A DNA stretch of 64,000 nt, taken from the NCBI GenBank assembly GCA_946500425.1, contig CAMMVQ010000003.1:524-64523 (forward strand), given 5' to 3'. The notes under the pieces were generated by a model, which worked only from the letters and a program-made list of their open reading frames with translations, was not told where the DNA came from and did no database searches. This document shows, in pieces, positions 57,306 through 64,000 of the stretch. The position numbers were made by a program, and so were the translations under genes. Positions within the stretch are counted from its first letter, which is position 1, and each line of letters begins with the position of its first letter. The DNA is from an uncultured Mollicutes bacterium (GTDB lineage: Bacteria; Bacillota_I; Bacilli_A; RF39; UBA660).

Positions 57306-58025
57306 ATGTTATATAAACTTTATGAAACTGAAGTAAAGGTTCTTAATAAAAAAGTCATAACGGAAGAAAATGAAATAAAAGATGAATTTTTAAATGCGTT
57401 AAAGGCGTTGTTTATCAATTATCAAGATTATTCAAACCCTAAACAAATGATAGAAGATACCGCTTTAAGACTTGCTAATAACGTTGTTTTTAGTGCTGGT
57501 AAGGCAAGTGTTTATGGAAAAACGTTTCACTCAAAAAAAGAATTAGCAAATTACTTCTATGATGATTTGGTTCGTTCTTTAACGGATATAAATCCCTTAT
57601 GGGAAGCTTATAGTAAAATAGATTTTTTATTGGAAGATATGGCGTCTTTCTTAACGAGAAGATACGTTATTAGTAGAAAGGAAGTTAATGATTTTGATGA
57701 TGCTATAAAGACTACTATTACAAGGTACAAAATAAATGGACAAAGGATAAAAAGTAAAGAAGACTTAGAAAAATGTATTAGTTTTATTTTAAATGAGTAT
57801 TTTAATAAAGATAATATGGCGGCTTTTACTAATAATAGAGGTGCAAGAAGATATGTTGCGTCAAAATCTAAAGAAGAGATTCTAAAAGAAATGACTAAGA
57901 CCGTTGGCTTGGATGGTTTTGAAGAAATAAGTGAGAAACTAATAAGAAATGTTTACGCTAAAAGTTTTAGTTATCCTTATCTTTTAGAAAAACAAAGTGA
58001 TGAGAAGACAAAAAAATCTATTTAG
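57306..58025 (+). CDS. Hypothetical protein, tandem paralog P3 (239 aa)
   Basis: RBS GAGGTGA. Paralogous to P2, as described for that gene. Confidence 0.65.
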   Translation: MLYKLYETEVKVLNKKVITEENEIKDEFLNALKALFINYQDYSNPKQMIEDTALRLANNVVFSAGKASVYGKTFHSKKELANYFYDDLVRSLTDINPLWEAYSKIDFLLEDMASFLTRRYVISRKEVNDFDDAIKTTITRYKINGQRIKSKEDLEKCISFILNEYFNKDNMAAFTNNRGARRYVASKSKEEILKEMTKTVGLDGFEEISEKLIRNVYAKSFSYPYLLEKQSDEKTKKSI

Positions 58026-58046
58026 CTAAAACTAAATAGATTTTTT
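58012..58046. terminator. Bidirectional terminator overlapping the P3 stop
   Basis: 14-bp stem AAAAATCTATTTAG/CTAAATAGATTTTT. Confidence 0.8.
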
Positions 58047-58368
58047 ACATCATATACATTTCTCCGCTATAATTTCCTGGGTTATTTTGGGTTGTTTGGT
58101 ATGGTGTTTGGCTTGCTTGAGCTCCTTGGTTTTGCGCATTTTGAAAGTTTTGCATTCCTTGGTTTTGATAAGGAGTTTCTAATCTTGATAAACGGTTATC
58201 AAGCACTTTTACCTTCTTTTCAAGCGCACTAACACGGTTATCTAAATTTGTGTAATTATCATTCATGTAATTAGGAAACATCATCATGTTAGTAGGCATG
58301 TTTCCCATTTGTGGCATGCCCTGAAATGGCATCATTTGTGGCATAAAAGCATTTCTTTCGTTTCTCAT
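58045..58368 (-). CDS. Met/Gln/Asn-rich low-complexity protein with a central coiled coil (107 aa)
   Basis: RBS AGGAGGAAG. MPQM-type repeats, LDNRVSALEKKVKVLDNRLSRLE, and a Q/N-rich tail. Confidence 0.65.
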   Translation of the reverse strand: MRNERNAFMPQMMPFQGMPQMGNMPTNMMMFPNYMNDNYTNLDNRVSALEKKVKVLDNRLSRLETPYQNQGMQNFQNAQNQGAQASQTPYQTTQNNPGNYSGEMYMM

Positions 58369-58482
58369 AAACTTCCTCCTATTAAAGCTTTCAATTAATT
58401 ATATGTTTGTTTTAGGTTTTGGTGCAAAATTATGATATAATTGGTTGTAATACTTAAGGTTGATTTTAAGGAGATGATTTGT

Positions 58483-59115
58483 TTGAGACTTAAAAAAGTT
58501 AAAAACGCAAAAGAAACGATAGAGGAATCAAAGTACGTTATAAAAAATCCTGAAGAAAATAAAGGGTGCTGGAAAAAAGAGTTTAACAATGATAATCCCA
58601 TTAACGTTGAAATCGGGATGGGAAAGGGTGACTTCATAATTGAGATGGCAAAACAATATCCTTTTGTTAACTTTATTGGTATTGAGATGTTTGATAGCGT
58701 AATCGTTCGCGCCGTTCAAAAACTAGATGGCAAAAATATTCCTAATTTGAGACTAATAAGAATGGATGCTAAGGATATAGAAAATGTATTTGAAAAAGAA
58801 ATTGATACCATATACCTTAATTTTTCTGACCCGTGGCCAAAGAAAAGACACGAAAAAAGAAGGCTAACTAGTCATGAGTTCTTGAAGCGTTATGATAATT
58901 TATTTGAAAAAACTAAGAAAATCATTCAAAAAACCGATAACACAGACTTGTTCGCGTATTCGATTTCTTCTTTAAGTACTTATGGATACGTTTTGGATGA
59001 TGTTACCCTTGATTTACAAAAAGTTAATGACGCGGAAAACGTAATGAGTGAATACGAGAAGAAGTTTGTTTTTCAAAACGTTAAAATTTGCCGTTTAAAA
59101 GCTTATAAAGATTAA
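58483..59115 (+). CDS. trmB: tRNA (guanine-N7)-methyltransferase
   Basis: SAM-binding FIGIEM and NFSDPWPKKRHEKRR. TTG 58483 lies 9 nt after AAGGAG; the alternative ATG 58474 abuts the RBS. Confidence 0.85.
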   Translation: MRLKKVKNAKETIEESKYVIKNPEENKGCWKKEFNNDNPINVEIGMGKGDFIIEMAKQYPFVNFIGIEMFDSVIVRAVQKLDGKNIPNLRLIRMDAKDIENVFEKEIDTIYLNFSDPWPKKRHEKRRLTSHEFLKRYDNLFEKTKKIIQKTDNTDLFAYSISSLSTYGYVLDDVTLDLQKVNDAENVMSEYEKKFVFQNVKICRLKAYKD

Positions 59116-59127
59116 GAAGGTGATACT

Positions 59128-60327
59128 TTGAGAAGAAAACAAGCGTTAATAATTATCACGGTTATTTTATTTATCGCTTTATTTATGGCTTTGATATTTT
59201 ATTTTAATAACCGAGTAGTAGATGATAACTCTGGTTTTACCTTGAAAGATAATTTAACGGTAAAAGTTTATGACGAACTAAGAGTAAGTGATTTTATAGA
59301 TACAATAGAAGGAAAAATAATTACTAATGATAAAGTGGATACCTCTTCTTTGGGAAATAAAGAAATTACGTTTATATATTTTAATAAGAATGATAAAAAA
59401 AGACGTGGTAAATTTAAAGTGAAGGTAGTTGATACTGAAAAGCCTTTAGTTTGGCTTTCTTCTAGTTATAATATTCGGGTGAATAGTGATGTTGACCTTG
59501 AAAAAACGATTATGTGTGCTGATAATTATGATGCTAATCCAAGCTGCAAAATAGTTGGCGAATATGACGTTAATACCACTGGTAGTTATAAGCTTAGTTA
59601 TGTCGCTAAAGATAGTAGTAACAACGAGGAAGTAATCGATTTTACCTTGAACGTTTATGAACCTTCAAATGATTCTTCTGGTGTTGATGAAGTTCCTGTT
59701 ACAACTTCGTTTAATGAAGTTTTATCTAATTATAAAAAGAGTAATAACGAAATTGGAATAGACGTTTCAAAGTGGCAGGGAAAAATCGATTTTAAAAAAG
59801 TAAAAAACGCCGGAGCCTCTTTTGTTATGATAAGGCTAGGAAGCCAAAGTGGTGTTGGGGGCAATTACGTGATTGATTCGTACTTTGAAGAAAACATAAA
59901 AGGGGCTAAGGCTTCTGGGCTTAAGGTGGGTGTTTATTTTTATTCGTATGCTGATAGTGTTAAAGAAGCTAGAAAACAAGCTAAATGGGTATTAGGTAAA
60001 ATTAAGAAGTACCAAATAGATTTACCGGTTGCTTTTGACTGGGAATGCTACAATTCATTTAATGGTATGGAACTTAGTTTATTCGGACTTAACGAAGTTG
60101 CTGATGAGTTTTTAAAGACCGTTAAAAAAGAGGGCTATGGCACCATGCTTTATGGTAGTAAAAATTATTTAAATAGCGTTTGGAAGTACAATGATAATGA
60201 TGTTTGGCTTGCCCATTATACGAAAGAGACTGATTATGATAAAGATTATGTTATGTGGCAATTGTGCCAAAACGGAAAAATAGATGGTATTGATACCATG
60301 GTTGATATAAACGTTCTTTATAACTAA
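59128..60327 (+). CDS. Membrane-anchored GH25 muramidase with an Ig-like (DUF5011-like) middle domain
   Basis: TM anchor and a C-terminal GIDVSKWQGKIDFKKVKNAGASFVMIRLG GH25 signature. TTG start follows AAGGTGA. Confidence 0.85.
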   Translation: MRRKQALIIITVILFIALFMALIFYFNNRVVDDNSGFTLKDNLTVKVYDELRVSDFIDTIEGKIITNDKVDTSSLGNKEITFIYFNKNDKKRRGKFKVKVVDTEKPLVWLSSSYNIRVNSDVDLEKTIMCADNYDANPSCKIVGEYDVNTTGSYKLSYVAKDSSNNEEVIDFTLNVYEPSNDSSGVDEVPVTTSFNEVLSNYKKSNNEIGIDVSKWQGKIDFKKVKNAGASFVMIRLGSQSGVGGNYVIDSYFEENIKGAKASGLKVGVYFYSYADSVKEARKQAKWVLGKIKKYQIDLPVAFDWECYNSFNGMELSLFGLNEVADEFLKTVKKEGYGTMLYGSKNYLNSVWKYNDNDVWLAHYTKETDYDKDYVMWQLCQNGKIDGIDTMVDINVLYN

Positions 60328-60381
60328 AAGGTTTTACTTTTTTAATTTTTTTGCTATAATATCTTTAGAGTAGGTGAACCA

Positions 60382-61128
60382 ATGAAAAAGATTATATTAA
60401 TTTTTTTGGCTTTATTTTTACTTTCAGGTTGTACCATAAAAAGAATTGATAATTATGATTATGATAAAATAGTTGACGAAGTTTTATCGCTTGACATAAA
60501 GTCTACGAACATGGTGGGTAATGGTTATAAGTATTATGCTCCAAGAGGTGTTACAAGAACGGATGCAAATACGTATAATGATGTTTTAATACGTGAGAAA
60601 ACAACCTATTATTTGTACGTTGACGTGGTAAGTTATTATTATGAAACAGAAGTTTCTTATGAGCCTAACAAAGATTCTTATTATTCATATTCTTTTTCAG
60701 AAGATGGAAAAAAAGGATATTTGCAAATAGATAAAGCTAAAGATAAATTCTATGTTCAAATGGTATATAATTATGCTAAAATAGAAGCGTACGCAAAAGA
60801 AAAGGATTTAAAAACGGTTGTAACTGATATGAGTTACGTGTTATCAAGCCTTGATTTTAATGATTCTCTTTTAAAGAAGATGCATGAATCTGGTGATTTA
60901 GCTTCTAAAGAAGAGGTTTATAAATTGTTTGATAACAAGGAAAAGGAAGGAAATTTCTTAAAGTACATAGAAGAGTATGATAAGTATGATGGTGATGAAA
61001 ACGAAAATAAGAACGTTGAAAAAGAACTAGAAATTAAAGAAACGACAACCACCACAACTACTACGGAAGAGGCCAAAACAACTACGACTACCGAGTCGAC
61101 CGAGCAAACTACTTCATCGACACAATAA
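60382..61128 (+). CDS. Lipoprotein with a Thr-rich C-terminal tail
   Basis: Lipobox LLSGC after a hydrophobic leader. Tail ETTTTTTTTEEAKTTTTTESTEQTTSST. Confidence 0.8.
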   Translation: MKKIILIFLALFLLSGCTIKRIDNYDYDKIVDEVLSLDIKSTNMVGNGYKYYAPRGVTRTDANTYNDVLIREKTTYYLYVDVVSYYYETEVSYEPNKDSYYSYSFSEDGKKGYLQIDKAKDKFYVQMVYNYAKIEAYAKEKDLKTVVTDMSYVLSSLDFNDSLLKKMHESGDLASKEEVYKLFDNKEKEGNFLKYIEEYDKYDGDENENKNVEKELEIKETTTTTTTTEEAKTTTTTESTEQTTSSTQ

Positions 61129-61148
61129 GAAAGGTGTGATTTATCATT

Positions 61149-62045
61149 ATGGGATTAAAGAGTAAGTTAAGTAAAATGAAAAGCTTTTTGTTTGACGAAG
61201 AAGAAATAGAGGAAAAACCCGTTAAGAAAAACGTTAAAAAAATTATAAAGGAAGAAGTAACTCAAAAAAAAGAAGAGGTTTCAGAAGATTTTGCTAAAAC
61301 AAATGAAATCGATAGTTTATACTTAGAAGATTTATCAGAACCAGAGCCAGAGATTAAACCAGAAATAAAATCAAGGGTAGTTAAGAATGAAGCTGAGTTT
61401 AAGTTTCCTGAGTTTGATGATGATGACTTCATGGTTTCAAGATCAAAACCTGAGCCGATTATTAAGCCGGTAAAAGAAGAACCAAAGCCAGTTTTATATC
61501 AAGGTAGTAAAAGAAAAGAGGAAACCAAGAAGTTTAAGCCTAGTCCAATTATTTCTCCGGTTTATGGACTTCTTGATAGTGAAGGAAATAAAGTTCAGAA
61601 AAAAGCAGAAAAAAAAGAAACTCCTTTAAAGAGTAAAGAAGAATTAACGTTTGATGAAATTAGAAAAAAAGCTTATGGTAACCTTGATGAAGAAATTGAA
61701 AATACGCTTAAAAGGTTAAGTAAAAAAACAATCGCAGAGGCCGAAGAGGAAATGGAGCAAGATGAAGCTCAAGAACTTTCTAGGACAAAACAAAAGGCTA
61801 AAAAGTTAGAAAAAGAAGACGTGACTTTAATCAAGACTGATGAAGAAGATGATGACGATGATATGATTCTTCCTAACGTTAACTTTAAAGAAATCGACGT
61901 CGATAAAGAAAGACAAAAAATGCCATCTAAAAAGGGAGTAACTAACAAAAAGTTAGATGACGATGATGATGACGATGACACCAAGGAACAAGATTTATTT
62001 AATTTGATTGATACGATGTACCAAGGAGAGGAGAAGGAAGACTAA
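61149..62045 (+). CDS. Acidic, Lys/Glu-rich, probably disordered protein with an N-terminal amphipathic helix (298 aa)
   Basis: N-terminus MGLKSKLSKMKSFLFDEEE. Poly-Asp runs (EEDDDDDM, DDDDDDDD). No folded-domain motif recognised. Confidence 0.65.
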   Translation: MGLKSKLSKMKSFLFDEEEIEEKPVKKNVKKIIKEEVTQKKEEVSEDFAKTNEIDSLYLEDLSEPEPEIKPEIKSRVVKNEAEFKFPEFDDDDFMVSRSKPEPIIKPVKEEPKPVLYQGSKRKEETKKFKPSPIISPVYGLLDSEGNKVQKKAEKKETPLKSKEELTFDEIRKKAYGNLDEEIENTLKRLSKKTIAEAEEEMEQDEAQELSRTKQKAKKLEKEDVTLIKTDEEDDDDDMILPNVNFKEIDVDKERQKMPSKKGVTNKKLDDDDDDDDTKEQDLFNLIDTMYQGEEKED

Positions 62046-62371
62046 TGAGTGCAACCGTTTTTTTAAGTACATATTTGCCGATTCTAATATATATATTATT
62101 ATGTATCCTTATTATTTTATTGATTATTATTGCAACTAAGGTTATAAAATCAATGAACCGGGTAGAAGAAATAATTGATGACGTTGATGAAAAAGTTAAA
62201 TCTTTAAACGGGGTGTTTAGTATCGTTGATAATATTACTGATAAATTATCAGCGTTAACCGAGGTGATATCCGATTCAATAATTTTATTTATTAAGGGTA
62301 TTTTTAAAAAGAAAAAAAGAAAGATGGAAAAAGAAGAGCAAAGAAAGGAGCTTGAAGATGAAGAAGAGTAA
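62045..62371 (+). CDS. DUF948 (YtxG-like) membrane protein
   Basis: N-terminal TM helix followed by a helical segment, as in YtxG. It precedes a ytxH-like gene, as in B. subtilis. Confidence 0.7.
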   Translation: MSATVFLSTYLPILIYILLCILIILLIIIATKVIKSMNRVEEIIDDVDEKVKSLNGVFSIVDNITDKLSALTEVISDSIILFIKGIFKKKKRKMEKEEQRKELEDEEE

Positions 62372-62759
62372 AAGTGGTGCTGGAAAATTCATTTTAGGAG
62401 CAGCCGTTGGAGCGGCTTTAGGGGTTTTATTTGCACCTAAATCAGGAAAGGAAACCAGGGCGGACATTAAGCGCAAGGCTACCGATTTACTAAATAAAGC
62501 TAAGGAAATTGACGTAAAAGAAGTCCGTGATACAATCGAAGAGAAGGTTTCTAATTTGATGAAAGAGCTAAAGGACTTAGATAAAGAAAAAGCTATTGAA
62601 CTAGCTAAAAAGAAGGCAAAGGATTTGAAAAAACACGCGGAAGAATTAGTATCTTACGCAAAGGAAAAGGCAACTCCAGTAGTTTCTGACGCGGCTGAAG
62701 TGTTAAAACAAAAGGCAATTGATGCAACTAAAATGATATTAAATAAATTAGAATCATAA
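62358..62759 (+). CDS. ytxH: YtxH-domain protein
   Basis: GKFILGAAVGAALGVLFAPKSGKETR motif. AAAGGAG precedes ATG 62358. Confidence 0.8.
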   Translation: MKKSKSGAGKFILGAAVGAALGVLFAPKSGKETRADIKRKATDLLNKAKEIDVKEVRDTIEEKVSNLMKELKDLDKEKAIELAKKKAKDLKKHAEELVSYAKEKATPVVSDAAEVLKQKAIDATKMILNKLES

Positions 62760-62786
62760 AAAGTGCTGTTTTTAGCACTTTTTTTA
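62759..62786 (+). terminator. Intrinsic terminator
   Basis: Stem AAAAGTGCT/AGCACTTTT followed by a T-run. Confidence 0.8.
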
Positions 62787-62823
62787 GTTGAAATGCATAG
62801 ATTAAAACGAGGGAGGGATTCTA

Positions 62824-63342
62824 ATGTTTAAAGAAATAGTTACTAAGGCCGTAATTGGAAAGGGTAAGAAATATTTTAAGAATAGTTATAATCTTTTAGC
62901 GGAAAACAACGCCGACACTATTTTAGGTTGCTGGGTAATTAACCATGAGTTTAAGGGGTCGGTTAACGGTGATAAGGTTGTTATTGATGGTAATTTTGAC
63001 GTTAATATTTGGTATTCTTATGATGGTGATAAAAAAACTACTGTTGCTAGTAAAAACATTTCGTATAGCGAAACAGTTGCGGTTAGAACTAAAGACGGGA
63101 CGCAACTTCAAGGAAGCGACATAATCGTAAGAGCGTTAAGACAACCTACTTGTAGTAACGTAAAAGCTAAAGATGACGTAATAGAATTTGATATTGAAAA
63201 AGAATTAGGAATTGAAGTTGTAAATGATGAAAAAGTAAAAATTGCGATAGAAGAAGACGAAGAACCATGGGACACTTTAGATGATGAACCAGAAGAAGTA
63301 GATAAAAAAATAGATGAAGAAGTTAAAGAGGATTTTATTTAG
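62824..63342 (+). CDS. cotE: Outer spore coat morphogenetic protein CotE
   Basis: MFKEIVTKAVIGKGKKYF...GCWVINHEF...NIWYSYDGDKKT...RALRQPTC and an acidic tail align with B. subtilis CotE. The remembered B. subtilis segments are EIITKAVVAKGRKF, GGWIINHKY, NVWYSYADNTKT and KVLQQPNC. Confidence 0.8.
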   Translation: MFKEIVTKAVIGKGKKYFKNSYNLLAENNADTILGCWVINHEFKGSVNGDKVVIDGNFDVNIWYSYDGDKKTTVASKNISYSETVAVRTKDGTQLQGSDIIVRALRQPTCSNVKAKDDVIEFDIEKELGIEVVNDEKVKIAIEEDEEPWDTLDDEPEEVDKKIDEEVKEDFI

Positions 63343-63386
63343 AATCCTTTTTAATTATGAATAATTTATGATGTTAACAAAAATAG

Positions 63387-63416
63387 TTGACACTTATATG
63401 CGGGCTATGATAAAAT
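63387..63416 (+). promoter_or_regulatory. Sigma-A promoter of rpsP
   Basis: TTGACA, 18-nt spacer, TGaTAAAAT. Confidence 0.6.
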
Positions 63417-63441
63417 TAAGTTGTAAAGAAGGAGGAAGAAA

Positions 63442-63714
63442 ATGGCAGTTAAGTTAAGACTAAAAAGAATGGGAGCGAAAAAGCAACCTTTTTACAGAAT
63501 CGTCGCCGCTGATTCAAGAAGTCCAAGGGACGGACGTTTTATTGAAACGATAGGAACTTATAATCCACTAGTTAATCCTGCTGAAACTAAGATTGATGAA
63601 GAATTGGCTATGAAGTGGTTAAAAAATGGCGCAATGCCAACTGATACGGTTAGAAACTTATTATCAAAGGCTGGTATAATGGCAAAGTTTGCTAGTGAAA
63701 AACAAGGTAAGTAA
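63442..63714 (+). CDS. rpsP: 30S ribosomal protein S16
   Basis: [35 protein letters not shown]. Confidence 0.95.
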   Translation: MAVKLRLKRMGAKKQPFYRIVAADSRSPRDGRFIETIGTYNPLVNPAETKIDEELAMKWLKNGAMPTDTVRNLLSKAGIMAKFASEKQGK

Positions 63715-63716
63715 TT

Positions 63717-63965
63717 ATGGATTTAGTAAAACTAACTGAAATTATCGTAAAAGAACTTGTTCATGATGCTGACAGTATAAGTGTTAAAGAATTTCCTAGT
63801 AGTAACGAAAACGAAATTATAATTGAGGTTATGGTTCCAAGCGATGAAATGGGATTAGTGATTGGAAAGGATGGAAAACTAGCCAAGGCATTAAGAACTA
63901 TTGTTCAAGCAAGTTCATACGTTAATGATAACAAACTTGTAAAAATAAACATTGATTCGTATTAA
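63717..63965 (+). CDS. KH-domain RNA-binding protein (YlqC/KhpA-like)
   Basis: GLVIGKDGKLAKALRTIV KH motif. Located directly after rpsP. Confidence 0.85.
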   Translation: MDLVKLTEIIVKELVHDADSISVKEFPSSNENEIIIEVMVPSDEMGLVIGKDGKLAKALRTIVQASSYVNDNKLVKINIDSY

Positions 63966-63966
63966 G

Positions 63967-63991
63967 ATTCCTAAATTTTAGGAATTTTTTT
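63967..63991 (+). terminator. Intrinsic terminator
   Basis: Stem ATTCCTA/TAGGAAT followed by TTTTTTT. Confidence 0.75.
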
Positions 63992-64000
63992 ATTTATTAA

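Noticed and set aside
1-64000. Alternative genetic code (TGA = Trp, Mollicutes-type), suggested by the low GC content and reduced proteins
   Set aside because: Long genes are uninterrupted under the standard code. Trp is encoded by TGG at conserved positions. TGA serves as the stop for comEA, comEC, cse60 and the SEDS gene.

Overview
The window is a dense segment of core chromosome from a low-GC Firmicute. Composition is judged by eye only. The standard genetic code applies: TGA terminates comEA and comEC, and Trp is encoded by TGG. Gene content and order look like Bacilli or Erysipelotrichia.

Genes recognised, in order: rexB/addB-addA, glyA-folD, an Smr protein, B. subtilis-type dnaB-dnaI helicase loaders, a T-box-led operon ending in thrS, a Crp/Fnr regulator divergent from nrdD-nrdG-dut, rpmB, dnaE, alr, rnc-smc, def, a SEDS protein, comEA-comEC, a decayed dinD, lexA, tkt, a sirA-like gene, yneF, parE-parC, a MurJ/SpoVB-like flippase, trmB, a GH25 muramidase, ytxG/ytxH-like genes, cotE, rpsP and a KH-domain protein. 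The order lexA / small SOS gene / tkt / sirA-like / yneF matches the Bacillus arrangement.

Sporulation markers (cotE, cse60, sirA-like, yjcZ-like) sit beside several shortened housekeeping proteins. I saw no rRNA, tRNA, CRISPR array, transposase, integrase or obvious prophage.

The best leads are all unproven:
- Around 30.6-31.0 kb: a 29-codon hydrophobic ORF convergent with a consensus-promoter small RNA that shares its terminator (type I toxin-antitoxin-like). Just downstream, a G8 tract lies in the promoter spacer of a surface-protein gene, a phase-variation candidate.
- A paralogous BspA-type LRR adhesin module is attached once to a type IV prepilin leader and once to a SipW/TasA-like leader.
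- A threonine T-box sits in front of a nucleotidyltransferase gene and a small basic ORF, rather than directly in front of a thrS that lacks the TGS domain.
- A LexA-boxed promoter drives a 47-aa membrane peptide, a candidate SOS division inhibitor.
- Three tandem paralogous genes of unknown function lie at 55.9-58.0 kb.

All family assignments come from motif recognition and memory, not from searches.
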